Sequence record: MT446412.1
Direction: 5' to 3' (one strand)
Source of the DNA: Escherichia virus TH41
DNA: 64,000 nt
The position numbers and the translations under genes are program-made. Shown piece by piece: positions 1-9,331 of this stretch. How positions within the stretch are numbered: position 1 is the stretch's first letter; each line of letters begins with the position of its first letter. The notes beneath the pieces were generated by a model that was not told the DNA's origin, ran no database searches, and was given only the letters and a program-made list of their open reading frames with translations.

Positions 1-1
1 A

Positions 2-1078
2 GTTTTCGAAGAATTAACAGAAAAGCAATTATCATTCTTCTGGCGACCTGAGGAAGTCAACCTGATGATGGATGGAGCTCAATTTAATAAGCTTCCTGAA
101 CATCAACAAAATATTTTTACCAACAACCTGAAATACCAATCACTTCTGGATAGTATCCAGGGTCGTGCTCCAGCTGCAGCATTAGCCGCATTAGTTTCTG
201 ACCCGAGTCTTGATACATGGATTCAGACCTGGACATTCAGCGAGACAATTCACTCTCGTTCTTATACGCACATCATGCGAAATCTCTATACGGACCCGGC
301 GAAGGTATTCGACGAAATCCTGTTAGATGATGCAATCATGAAGCGCGCAGAATCCATTGGTCATTACTATGATGATGTTCTGAATAAAACTCGTCAATGG
401 CAAAACCAGATTGCTTTTGTTGAACTGGCCAAAGAAACTCCCGAAGCGGACGAACGTTTGGAACGAGCTATCAAACAAGAAGCTATCGCCAAACGAGCAT
501 TGATGAAGTCTCTTTATCTCTGCCTGCATGTTATTAACGCCCTGGAAGCTATTCGTTTTTATGTATCTTTTGCATGTACTTTCAACTTCCATAAGAACAT
601 GGAAATCATGGAAGGTAATGCGAAGATAATGAAGTTCATCGCCCGTGATGAACAGCTCCACCTTAAGGGGACCCAATATATTCTTCGTCAGCTGCAAACT
701 GGTGTTGACGGTGACGAATGGGTTAAAATCGCACACGAATGTGAAGCAGAAGCCGCAGCCATTTTCATGGAAGTTAATCGCCAGGAAAAAGAATGGGCCG
801 TGCATCTGTTTAAAGATGGTGGGCTCCCTGGGTTGAGCGTCGAGATTCTTAACCGGTTCATCGATTACCTGACGGTTTCTCGTATGAAGCAATGTGGTCT
901 CCCTTGTGAAATCGTGTTAGAATCTACTAAGCACCCGATTCCATGGATTCGCGAATATCTTAACTCTGATAATGTGCAATCTGCACCACAAGAAGTTGAG
1001 TTGTCTGCTTACCTGGTAGCCCAGATTGACAATGACGTCGATGAGAATGTTCTTGCTGGTTTCCGTAAATATCTATAA
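2..1078 (+). CDS. nrdB: Ribonucleotide reductase beta subunit NrdB (5' end lies outside window)
   Basis: Frame open from nt 2; translation matches class Ia R2 sequences (FFWRPEEV, SETIHSRSYTHI, LEAIRFYVSFAC, NAKIMKFIARDEQLHL). Continuous ORF, no intron interruption visible. Confidence 0.9.
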   Translation, partial: VFEELTEKQLSFFWRPEEVNLMMDGAQFNKLPEHQQNIFTNNLKYQSLLDSIQGRAPAAALAALVSDPSLDTWIQTWTFSETIHSRSYTHIMRNLYTDPAKVFDEILLDDAIMKRAESIGHYYDDVLNKTRQWQNQIAFVELAKETPEADERLERAIKQEAIAKRALMKSLYLCLHVINALEAIRFYVSFACTFNFHKNMEIMEGNAKIMKFIARDEQLHLKGTQYILRQLQTGVDGDEWVKIAHECEAEAAAIFMEVNRQEKEWAVHLFKDGGLPGLSVEILNRFIDYLTVSRMKQCGLPCEIVLESTKHPIPWIREYLNSDNVQSAPQEVELSAYLVAQIDNDVDENVLAGFRKYL

Positions 1079-1082
1079 GGAA

Positions 1083-1100
1083 AGGGCTTCGGCCCTTTTT
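1083..1100 (+). terminator. Intrinsic terminator after nrdB
   Basis: GC hairpin agggcTTCGgccct followed by T-run, directly after the nrdB stop. Confidence 0.6.
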
Positions 1101-1104
1101 GCCC

Positions 1105-1515
1105 ATGAAACAAATCGCTGATGAATACAGTTTTATAAAATACGCGGAGTTAGAGTTAGTCGATGGTAAAATCCCTATTCTTACTCTCGCGAACAAGAAA
1201 AATGTTATCTATGCTATTTCAGTTGATGATGAACTAGTGTATATTGGTAAGACGAACAACCTTAAGAAGCGTATCAACTATTACCGGACTGCGATTAACC
1301 GAATCGACCAGACGAGCGATTCAAACAAATCCCGGATGATACATGAAGCTTTACAAGAAGGTAAAAAGGTGGTATTCTATGCACGACAATGTTTCAATCT
1401 GTCAATGACCAATGAACTTGGCACAATGTCAGTCGAAACGATGTCTCTGGAAGAGCCGATGTTCATCAAGCTTTTTAATCCCCCGTGGAATTACCAACAT
1501 AAGGTGAAGAAATGA
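1105..1515 (+). CDS. denA: Endonuclease II (GIY-YIG-type nuclease)
   Basis: MKQIADEYSFIKY...VIYAISVDDELVYIGKTNNLKKRINYY closely matches recalled T4 EndoII; the ORF track start at 1099 is a TTG, first ATG is 1105. Confidence 0.85.
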   Translation: MKQIADEYSFIKYAELELVDGKIPILTLANKKNVIYAISVDDELVYIGKTNNLKKRINYYRTAINRIDQTSDSNKSRMIHEALQEGKKVVFYARQCFNLSMTNELGTMSVETMSLEEPMFIKLFNPPWNYQHKVKK

Positions 1516-2648
1516 TTGAATTATATGATAACTTAATGAAGCTTTGCGCCGAATCCGATAAAGGTAAGTTTTTCTATACGGATTTTGTTTCTCCATTTGA
1601 AACTAAGTTCCGCATCTTTAGCTATAACTATGCTTCCTATAGTGATTGGCTTCTTGATGATGCGCTGGAGTGTCGTGGCATTATGTTTGAAATGGATGAC
1701 AATGGTCCAGTTCGCATTGCCGCCCGTCCTATGGAAAAATTCTTTAATCTGGGTGAGAATCCAATGACCATGGACCTTAACCTTGATGAGGTTGTCCTGG
1801 TTACTGCAAAAGCTGATGGTAGCTTGGTTTCTACTTATATGGACCAGACTAATATCGCCTTTAAATCCAAAGGGTCAATCAAAAGCTCCCAAGCTGCTGA
1901 ATCCTTGCAGGTGTTTAAACAAGAGCATCGCAGTGCATTCAGGGCTCGCGTAACTGAAATCACTGAAGCTGGTTATACATGCAATATGGAATATGTTGCA
2001 CCAACCAACCGCATTGTTTTGCCTTACCAGGAACGTGACCTGATTTTACTGAACGTTCGCCATAATGAAACTGGTGAATATATTCCTTATCAGGAACTGT
2101 TCAAAGATGCTGCGCTCCGTCCTTTCCTGGTTGAAGCATATGACCCGGCGAGCATTGAGAATGTTCGTGGTATGAAAGAGATTGAAGGCTTCGTCTATGA
2201 GCTGGCAAGTGGTCAGAAGTTCAAGATGAAAACAGAATGGTATTGTGCTCTGCATCATACTAAAGACTCCATTAATAATAATGAGCGACTGTTTGAAGTT
2301 GTTGTTGCTGGCGGGGCAGATGATGTTATTGCCATGTTTACTGGCGATACTTATGCTCGCGAAAAAGTTAATGCCTTTACTGTAACGCATCTGGATTATC
2401 TGTCCAATACATTGGGATTGTTGCTTGATGCTCAGAAACAACTGGCAGGAAAAGACCGACGCGAGTTTGCGATTAAAGGTCAAGAGTTGTGCAAACCATA
2501 CCCGGGATTGTTCTCCGTATTAATGAACACCTATCAACGCCCACAGGAAACTGAACAAACGATTGCTCAAATCAATAAAGTTTTCCTTAAAAATCATAAA
2601 CTTTACATTCCGTCGGACTACCAAGCGGAAGTAATCCTTCCTGAATAA
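1512..2648 (+). CDS. rnlA: RNA ligase 1 (gene 63)
   Basis: FRIFSYNYASYSDWLL, ECRGIMFEMD, nucleotidyltransferase lysine motif TAKADGSLVSTY; 378 aa vs T4 Rnl1 374 aa; start overlaps denA stop (ATGA). Confidence 0.85.
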   Translation: MIELYDNLMKLCAESDKGKFFYTDFVSPFETKFRIFSYNYASYSDWLLDDALECRGIMFEMDDNGPVRIAARPMEKFFNLGENPMTMDLNLDEVVLVTAKADGSLVSTYMDQTNIAFKSKGSIKSSQAAESLQVFKQEHRSAFRARVTEITEAGYTCNMEYVAPTNRIVLPYQERDLILLNVRHNETGEYIPYQELFKDAALRPFLVEAYDPASIENVRGMKEIEGFVYELASGQKFKMKTEWYCALHHTKDSINNNERLFEVVVAGGADDVIAMFTGDTYAREKVNAFTVTHLDYLSNTLGLLLDAQKQLAGKDRREFAIKGQELCKPYPGLFSVLMNTYQRPQETEQTIAQINKVFLKNHKLYIPSDYQAEVILPE

Positions 2649-2658
2649 TAAAAAAGGG

Positions 2659-2688
2659 GTGTACAAGCCCCTCCTTTCTATACATAAT
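2659..2688 (+). promoter_or_regulatory. Early-type sigma70-like promoter (GTGTAC -35, CATAAT -10) overlapping a short hairpin
   Basis: -35/-10 hexamers with about 17-18 nt spacing upstream of ORF 2720; hairpin aggggTGTACAAGcccct encloses the -35. Confidence 0.4.
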
Positions 2689-2719
2689 GGTTCCATCAAC
2701 TACTGATGAGGACTAAAAC

Positions 2720-2953
2720 ATGTTAAACTTAATTACAAATGAAAGAGTTACACAGGCATATGGTGACAGTAATGACGGAATCTATGTCTACAAGGGAGAC
2801 CGCCGGATTGGTTTCATTACTGACCTGAAGGCCAAATTGTTAAAAGAACTGAAAGCTCAAACAGGTGATTCTGGGTTTAGAGCAAGAGCCAAAAAGAAAG
2901 ATGAACGCCTGGGTGCCAACTCTTTTGGTCCCCGGGGTTACAACCGCTACTAA
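2720..2953 (+). CDS. Hypothetical protein, paralog of the N-terminal region of the downstream ORF
   Basis: 77 aa; RBS GAGGA upstream; N-terminus ...YGDSNDGIYVYKGDRRIGFITDLKAKL parallels ...YGDRHDGIYVYKGTKKIGLMTDLRKKL of ORF 2967-3470. Confidence 0.4.
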   Translation: MLNLITNERVTQAYGDSNDGIYVYKGDRRIGFITDLKAKLLKELKAQTGDSGFRARAKKKDERLGANSFGPRGYNRY

Positions 2954-2966
2954 TGAGGAAAATATT

Positions 2967-3470
2967 ATGGATATGCAACTGATTTCAAATGAAATGATTG
3001 TCAATGAATATGGTGACCGTCATGACGGAATTTATGTCTATAAAGGGACCAAGAAAATTGGTCTCATGACTGACTTGCGGAAAAAACTCGCCTCCGATAA
3101 AAAGTTGAAGGCGAAACAAAAAGAATATCGTGATAAAAAATCAGAAGAGCGGAAAGAAGCACTGCATGAATCTGTTCCTGAAATGGTTGACTTCTTAAAG
3201 AACCATTTGGTTAAATATGATGCAGAAGTGTTCATCAATCAGACCCAACCTAATGTGCATATCAATGGATGTGTTTGTTATGTTGTGGTTGAACCCCTGA
3301 CACTTCAACACCGTCTGGGAATTAAACACCCAGTGTTGACCCAGGATGATATGGCGGATGAAGTTGGTAATCAGTTCCGCATTTCAGCATCTGACAGTAC
3401 AAATCACATCCTCCTGAATGGTTTATCCCAGGATGATATTGTTGAGGTAATCATCAAGTTATGCAAATAA
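2967..3470 (+). CDS. Hypothetical protein in the position of T4 alc (assignment by size and synteny only)
   Basis: 168 aa between rnlA and the spanin genes where T4 carries alc (167 aa); RBS GAGGAA 7 nt upstream of ATG 2967. The ORF track start at 2865 overlaps the previous ORF and is rejected. Confidence 0.35.
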   Translation: MDMQLISNEMIVNEYGDRHDGIYVYKGTKKIGLMTDLRKKLASDKKLKAKQKEYRDKKSEERKEALHESVPEMVDFLKNHLVKYDAEVFINQTQPNVHINGCVCYVVVEPLTLQHRLGIKHPVLTQDDMADEVGNQFRISASDSTNHILLNGLSQDDIVEVIIKLCK

Positions 3471-3814
3471 GTAATCTCACTGCAGGGCTTATGCTCGCCC
3501 TGGTAGTAACTGCTGGTAGTGGTTTCTATCTAAAAGCAAAAGTGGATAATCTCAAGACAGCGGTGGCGGAAGTCACCAAAGTCGCAGAAGATAATGCGAA
3601 AAATCTACAATCAGTAAAAGACCAGGTTAATCAAATTAATCTCCTTGACCAACAGCGCCAGGAATATGTTGAACACCTGCAGAAGGAAAATGATAAACTT
3701 CGCGCAGATGCAAAACGTACTAAGGTTGTGGCAGCGAAGCCTAAATTAGTTGAAAAACAGATTAATCAGTCTTTTGATAAGTTCGCCCAGGACTTCCAGG
3801 AGCTCACCAAATGA
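3461..3814 (+). CDS. i-spanin (Rz-like inner-membrane spanin subunit, pseT.3-like)
   Basis: 117 aa with N-terminal hydrophobic helix LTAGLMLALVVTAGSGFYL followed by a charged coiled-coil-like region; position matches T4 pseT.3. Confidence 0.6.
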   Translation: MQISNLTAGLMLALVVTAGSGFYLKAKVDNLKTAVAEVTKVAEDNAKNLQSVKDQVNQINLLDQQRQEYVEHLQKENDKLRADAKRTKVVAAKPKLVEKQINQSFDKFAQDFQELTK

Positions 3815-4101
3815 TGAAATCTATCATGGCAGTATGTTTGGCTATTGGACTCGTTTCATGTGCCCAGAAGCCCGTTGTGGAGCCCACAATCCAAGTTCAT
3901 CCTAATTGGCCTGTTGCATTGGCTGATTACAAACAGCAATGGGAAGTTAAGGTAATTGAGGGTCAAGCCTGGGTTGGCATGCCTTTTGAAGCATCGCAAG
4001 AATTCAGGATTTGGATGAATGATGTAAAAAGGTATGTACATGACCAAAAAGGTATGTTATGTTATTATCGTTCTGAACTAAAAGAGGAACGTTGCAAATG
4101 A
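3811..4101 (+). CDS. o-spanin (Rz1-like outer-membrane lipoprotein, pseT.2-like)
   Basis: Signal peptide with lipobox (AIGLVSC), 96 aa, separate gene immediately after the i-spanin as in T4. Confidence 0.6.
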   Translation: MMKSIMAVCLAIGLVSCAQKPVVEPTIQVHPNWPVALADYKQQWEVKVIEGQAWVGMPFEASQEFRIWMNDVKRYVHDQKGMLCYYRSELKEERCK

Positions 4102-4201
4102 TAGAGTGTAGCCTTGGTTGGGATATTGTTAGATTTGGTGCATTCTGTTTTTGTTTTGGAATTGCGGCCACTTTATGTGTTCAAGGTCTTTTTGGAAAGT
4201 A

Positions 4202-4230
4202 GTGTACAAACTCTTGGGAGCATTATACTC
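4202..4230 (+). promoter_or_regulatory. Early-type promoter-like element with its -10 inside a 7-bp inverted repeat
   Basis: GTGTAC, 17 nt, TATACT; inverted repeat tgggagc/gctccca (about 4215-4238) brackets the -10; upstream of ORF 4266. Confidence 0.35.
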
Positions 4231-4265
4231 TGCTCCCACGGATTATAAAATTTGAGGAAATTATT

Positions 4266-5487
<1,222 letters not shown>

Positions 5488-5488
<1 letters not shown>

Positions 5489-5685
5489 TGAATAATATCG
5501 AAAAGATTTTTCGTACAATCGAAGAAATTGAAAAACGTAAATGCTTTTTCTTCGGCGTATGGCCTTTAACCGATGGACGTATTGGCCTGGATGTAATGGA
5601 CTATAAAGATGAAGACAAGGTCGATGGCGGTATCTTTAAATCCGCTCCAGAACTCTTGACCTTCTTGGAAGAACATTATGTATAA
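5488..5685 (+). CDS. Hypothetical small protein (cd.x-type cluster)
   Basis: 65 aa ORF with start overlapping the pseT stop; no recognisable domain. Confidence 0.4.
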
Positions 5686-5893
5686 CAAACACCATGAAGT
5701 TGAAGAAGAAGCTTATAAAGAGCTTCAGAAACTGGTAGGGCAGAATATGTCTCCTGCTCTTATCAACAACCTGGCTGCACTGCGTAATGACCTCAATGAA
5801 CGGTACAAGGGCGAATATTATGTTGAATTCGTTCCGCTGACTGAAGTCATTGACCGATTTATTGTTAATGTCAAGGTGCATACCGTCCATTAA
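5678..5893 (+). CDS. Hypothetical small protein
   Basis: 71 aa ORF overlapping the previous ORF by 8 nt. Confidence 0.4.
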   Translation: MYNKHHEVEEEAYKELQKLVGQNMSPALINNLAALRNDLNERYKGEYYVEFVPLTEVIDRFIVNVKVHTVH

Positions 5894-5918
5894 CGCTTTA
5901 AAAATTTTATGTTATAAT
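5892..5918 (+). promoter_or_regulatory. Middle-type (MotA-box-like) promoter
   Basis: aaCGCTTTA box, 12 nt, TATAAT; followed by GGGGTCTAGGTCC, related to the repeat at 24392, 29651 and 39817. Confidence 0.35.
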
Positions 5919-5964
5919 GGGGTCTAGGTCCTTTGGATACCCCAATAACTAAGCGAGAAAAGAA

Positions 5965-6243
5965 ATGTTTCCTACATATTCTGAAATTGTTAAAGTAGTT
6001 TTTAGTCAGATTGTATCTGATTATCTATACGAAAGCGTCGACGTGTCGACTGAACTAAAGGTGCATGGTCGTTTGTCTGCTATTCTGGAAATCATGTTCC
6101 CAGATGCAGTTGATGCAATCACTGTTCAACTCACACCTGGTGCAGCATTTGCAATTGTTCCGTTTAAAATTGATAACCACATTTTGGCTATTTCATGCAA
6201 AATGGACTTCCAGAAACAAACGGTAGTTGTCGAAGCAATTTAA
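5965..6243 (+). CDS. Hypothetical protein
   Basis: 92 aa ORF preceded by AAGCGAGAAAAGAA RBS-like sequence. Confidence 0.4.
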   Translation: MFPTYSEIVKVVFSQIVSDYLYESVDVSTELKVHGRLSAILEIMFPDAVDAITVQLTPGAAFAIVPFKIDNHILAISCKMDFQKQTVVVEAI

Positions 6244-6245
6244 GT

Positions 6246-6274
6246 GTTTACTTTCACCACGGATGGTGTATAAT
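6246..6274 (+). promoter_or_regulatory. Early-type promoter (GTTTAC-17-TATAAT)
   Basis: Consensus-like hexamers with 17-nt spacer; leader cacatgaggaaaacaaaATG is repeated at 16799-16818. Confidence 0.5.
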
Positions 6275-6303
6275 GAATTTCATCAACACATGAGGAAAAC
6301 AAA

Positions 6304-6846
6304 ATGAGTAATTTCTTTGAAGAAGGCAAGTTTTACAAGTTCGCATCTGAAAATGCCAAAAAACAGTTTATTGCCGGAGGCTGGGCAGCTAATTACCAAA
6401 TTGCCAAATACATCGGTATGACTCCGTTTGAAGTTAAGATTGTCCCTGATACTGCTAGCGGTGGAAGAAAAGTTTGTGAGATTCGTTTGATTGATGAAAA
6501 GAATTTTGTGGATTTGGCAAAAATATCTGGTGCAGAAAACAGGCATCATGGGGCAATGTTTGTTTCTGCTGGTCCATTGTCTGATGAATTTGATTATTTC
6601 ATCCAAGCGGAAGTTGGCGTTAAGCCAGAAGTTGAACCTGTGCCAGTAAAACTTGCATCAGTTTGGAAATTGCTTGTGGTTAAAAATGGCAAGATTGAGA
6701 TTAACTCTCGTCATGTGTCAAAAGAATATGCGGAAGGCGAAGCAGAGCGTCTGTTAAACCATGGTACTGCAGAAGATTGCTATATTATCAAAGGCGATAT
6801 CACAAAAGCTTCTATCATTAAACAAGTAAAACAGGAGACAATCTGA
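6304..6846 (+). CDS. Hypothetical protein
   Basis: 180 aa ORF, strong RBS GAGGAAAA 6 nt upstream. Confidence 0.5.
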   Translation: MSNFFEEGKFYKFASENAKKQFIAGGWAANYQIAKYIGMTPFEVKIVPDTASGGRKVCEIRLIDEKNFVDLAKISGAENRHHGAMFVSAGPLSDEFDYFIQAEVGVKPEVEPVPVKLASVWKLLVVKNGKIEINSRHVSKEYAEGEAERLLNHGTAEDCYIIKGDITKASIIKQVKQETI

Positions 6847-7091
6847 TGCTTAGCGAAACCCCAATTACTGTTGAAGAGTTCCACGAAAAAGTGAAAGCAT
6901 TCGCTCAAGCGATGATTAACCGTGTATCAGAGCGATTCCCTAATGCGACTTTGCAAGTTATTCAGGAATCTGCACGCAGTTTTATGATTGTCATTAATCC
7001 GAAAATTACTCTAAAAGGTGGTGACCAATTGACCCAACTGAAATTGGGTTCTGATGGTCTGGTTGAAGCGCAGCGAGTGTATATTCAATGA
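6846..7091 (+). CDS. Hypothetical protein
   Basis: 81 aa ORF with start overlapping upstream stop. Confidence 0.45.
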   Translation: MLSETPITVEEFHEKVKAFAQAMINRVSERFPNATLQVIQESARSFMIVINPKITLKGGDQLTQLKLGSDGLVEAQRVYIQ

Positions 7092-7423
7092 TGAATTTAA
7101 TGGATATTTTCCAGGAAGCACTTAAAAATGATTTGGGTGACCATCGTAAGTTGGACCCGGAGACAGCCGCATTTATCAAAGTAACGCTTGCGAATGATGC
7201 TCTGTTTAAAAGTATTCACCCAAGTAATTATGATGCGGTTGTTATTACAGAAGCTCCTGTAGAAATTGGTGAGCGAATGTTTGGGGTGATTTTTGGCGAT
7301 AAGAAAAAACGCTTCAGCGACGGTGATAGTATAATTACAACACATGTTAAGAGCATTACTAAATTGCGACATGAATTATATCGTGTTGAAACTATTAAAA
7401 CCAATTATCTCGTGGTGATGTAA
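7088..7423 (+). CDS. Hypothetical protein
   Basis: 111 aa ORF with start overlapping upstream stop. Confidence 0.45.
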   Translation: MMNLMDIFQEALKNDLGDHRKLDPETAAFIKVTLANDALFKSIHPSNYDAVVITEAPVEIGERMFGVIFGDKKKRFSDGDSIITTHVKSITKLRHELYRVETIKTNYLVVM

Positions 7424-8005
7424 ATGAAACCAACTACTGTTCTGCAAATCGCATACCTTGTATCTCAAGAATCCAAATGTTGCTCCTGGAAAGTGGGAGC
7501 TGTTATTGAAAAGAATGGCCGCATTATTTCTACAGGGTATAATGGTTCCCCTGCGGGTGGGGTTAACTGTTGCGAGCATGCGGAAGAGCAAGGTTGGTTA
7601 CTGAATAAACCTAAACCTGTTCTCGTCCCTGGTCATAAGCCAGAATGTGTGAGATTCAGTAAGGTTGACCGTTTTGTATTGGCGAAAGCCCATCGCGAAG
7701 AACATTCTGCATGGTCAAAGAACAACGAAATTCATGCCGAGCTTAATGCGATTCTGTTCGCAGCCAGAATGGGTTCATCAATTGAAGGCGCTACTATGTA
7801 TGTGACGCTTTCTCCTTGCCCTGATTGTGCAAAGGCAATTTCTCAATCAGGAATCAAGAAATTGGTTTACTGTGAAACGTATGATAAGAATATTCCTGGT
7901 TGGGATGATATCCTGAAGAACGCGGGAATTGAGGTGTTCAATGTGCCTAAGCGTAGTTTAGACAAATTGAACTGGGAAAACATTAACGAATTTTGTGGTG
8001 AATAA
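7424..8005 (+). CDS. cd: dCMP deaminase
   Basis: Zinc-binding deaminase motifs HAE...PCxxC (CCEHAEEQ; LSPCPDCAKAI); 193 aa as in T4 Cd. Confidence 0.9.
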   Translation: MKPTTVLQIAYLVSQESKCCSWKVGAVIEKNGRIISTGYNGSPAGGVNCCEHAEEQGWLLNKPKPVLVPGHKPECVRFSKVDRFVLAKAHREEHSAWSKNNEIHAELNAILFAARMGSSIEGATMYVTLSPCPDCAKAISQSGIKKLVYCETYDKNIPGWDDILKNAGIEVFNVPKRSLDKLNWENINEFCGE

Positions 8006-8238
8006 TGAAATTTCGTCTAGTTAAGTTTTCAGGTCTGAACTCAAAAGGTGAAAACCTGGTAGCCTTTTCAGTAGAATATAAAAAGTACTTTTTCTCTCGT
8101 TGGAAATCGTACTATAAATCTGAGTGGGTTCGCGCCGAAATGAAATATAAAACGGTGCCTATTCTTGATAATTGTCATAGCCTATTAAGAGCTCTAAAAG
8201 AGCGTAATGCAACAACCATTAAAACTGTTTTGGAATAA
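8005..8238 (+). CDS. Hypothetical protein (31.2 position)
   Basis: 77 aa ORF immediately after cd. Confidence 0.4.
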   Translation: MKFRLVKFSGLNSKGENLVAFSVEYKKYFFSRWKSYYKSEWVRAEMKYKTVPILDNCHSLLRALKERNATTIKTVLE

Positions 8239-8240
8239 TT

Positions 8241-8540
8241 ATGATTTTAACTGAACAAGAAACAATTCGTCTCCGTGAAAAAGTCAAGACTATTTTGTCT
8301 GTTGGTTTTCACGAAGTTCTGTTTGAAAAAGCAGATGGTAGCATCCGTCGTATGACTTGTACTCGCGACCTGGACCTGCTGCCGTATAAAGAAATCCAGA
8401 CCCCTGGACCAGAAGCTCATAAAGAACCAGTTAGCTATATCCGGGTATTTGATACCAAGCTTAATGAATGGCGTTCATTCTGTTTCAATAAATTGATTTC
8501 CGTGAATGGACTACAGACCGAGACACTGCTTGTCCTTTAA
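8241..8540 (+). CDS. Hypothetical protein (31.1 position)
   Basis: 99 aa ORF. Confidence 0.45.
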   Translation: MILTEQETIRLREKVKTILSVGFHEVLFEKADGSIRRMTCTRDLDLLPYKEIQTPGPEAHKEPVSYIRVFDTKLNEWRSFCFNKLISVNGLQTETLLVL

Positions 8541-8571
8541 TGCTTCAAACGGTGCGTGTTATTATTAATAC

Positions 8572-8919
8572 ATGACCAAACAACATGGATTAAATATGGA
8601 ATTACCAATTAAAGCAGTAGGTGAATATATTATTTTGGTTTCTGAGCCAAAGCAAGCTGGTGATGAAGAAACTACGGCATCAGGTATCGTTATCGGAAAA
8701 CTCCATCAGGGTGAAATCCCAGAGATGTGTGAAGTATTTTCGATTGGTCCGGATGTTCCTGAAGGTTTCTGTGAAGTGGGTGATTTGACTCCTCTTCCGG
8801 TTGGCAAGATTGCAAACGTTCCACATCCTCTGGTTGCTCTGGGACTTAAGCAGGCTAAAGAAGTTAAGCAGAAATTTGTGACCTGTCATTATAAAGCTGT
8901 TCCTTGTCTTTATAAGTAA
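8572..8919 (+). CDS. 31: Co-chaperonin for GroEL (GroES analogue) gp31
   Basis: [23 protein letters not shown]...[12 protein letters not shown]...[13 protein letters not shown]...[17 protein letters not shown] closely matches recalled T4 gp31; start could instead be the internal ATG at 8596. Confidence 0.85.
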   Translation: MTKQHGLNMELPIKAVGEYIILVSEPKQAGDEETTASGIVIGKLHQGEIPEMCEVFSIGPDVPEGFCEVGDLTPLPVGKIANVPHPLVALGLKQAKEVKQKFVTCHYKAVPCLYK

Positions 8920-8928
8920 AATTAGCGT

Positions 8929-8936
8929 TATAAATA
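8929..8936 (+). promoter_or_regulatory. Late promoter (TATAAATA)
   Basis: Exact T4 late-promoter octamer upstream of rIII. Confidence 0.45.
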
Positions 8937-9076
8937 ATAATATGGATTGGCTGCCGGACCCGTTAGTTAACCGGAGAATCCTAAACGGTGGACTACAACT
9001 GAGAGACTTGCCGAAAGGAAGTGAAATTCAGAAGAACGTGTCCACCAAATATTCACCTCGTATTGAGGCTTCTAAA

Positions 9077-9331
9077 ATGTCTTTAAATAAACAATTACAA
9101 CACGCTCTTGAACTGCAACGCACTGCATGGAATAACGGTCACGAAAACTACGGCGCATCTATTGATGTTGAAGCCGAAGCACTGGAAATTCTGCAGTATT
9201 TCAAACATCTTAACCCGATTCAAACCGACCTTCGCGCAGTGCTCGAAGCAAAAGATGAACTGAAATTTGCTAAGCCGCTGGCATCTGCTGCGCGTAAAGC
9301 TGTTCGTCATTTTGTCGTAACCCTGAAGTAA
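9077..9331 (+). CDS. rIII: rIII lysis-inhibition accessory protein
   Basis: 84 aa from ATG 9077 (RBS GAGG 8 nt upstream); ENYGASIDVEAEALEILQYFKHLNPIQTDLRAVLEAKDELKFAKPLASAARKAVRHFVVTLK resembles recalled T4 rIII; the track ORF from 8942 is treated as an unlikely N-terminal extension. Confidence 0.6.
   Translation: MSLNKQLQHALELQRTAWNNGHENYGASIDVEAEALEILQYFKHLNPIQTDLRAVLEAKDELKFAKPLASAARKAVRHFVVTLK

Noticed and set aside
323-892. 189-aa minus-strand ORF inside nrdB, and similar antisense ORFs inside pseT (4714-5389) and gene 22 (35647-36138)
   Set aside because: Embedded in confidently identified genes on the opposite strand; no independent start signals.
2865-2966. Upstream start of the ORF track for the Alc-like ORF
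   Set aside because: It would overlap the preceding ORF by about 90 nt; ATG 2967 has a strong RBS and gives a T4-like size.
8942-9076. N-terminal 45-codon extension of the rIII ORF given by the ORF track
   Set aside because: The upstream ATG lies only about 5 nt after the late-promoter octamer and has no RBS, whereas the internal ATG at 9077 has GAGG at optimal spacing and gives a product of T4 rIII size.
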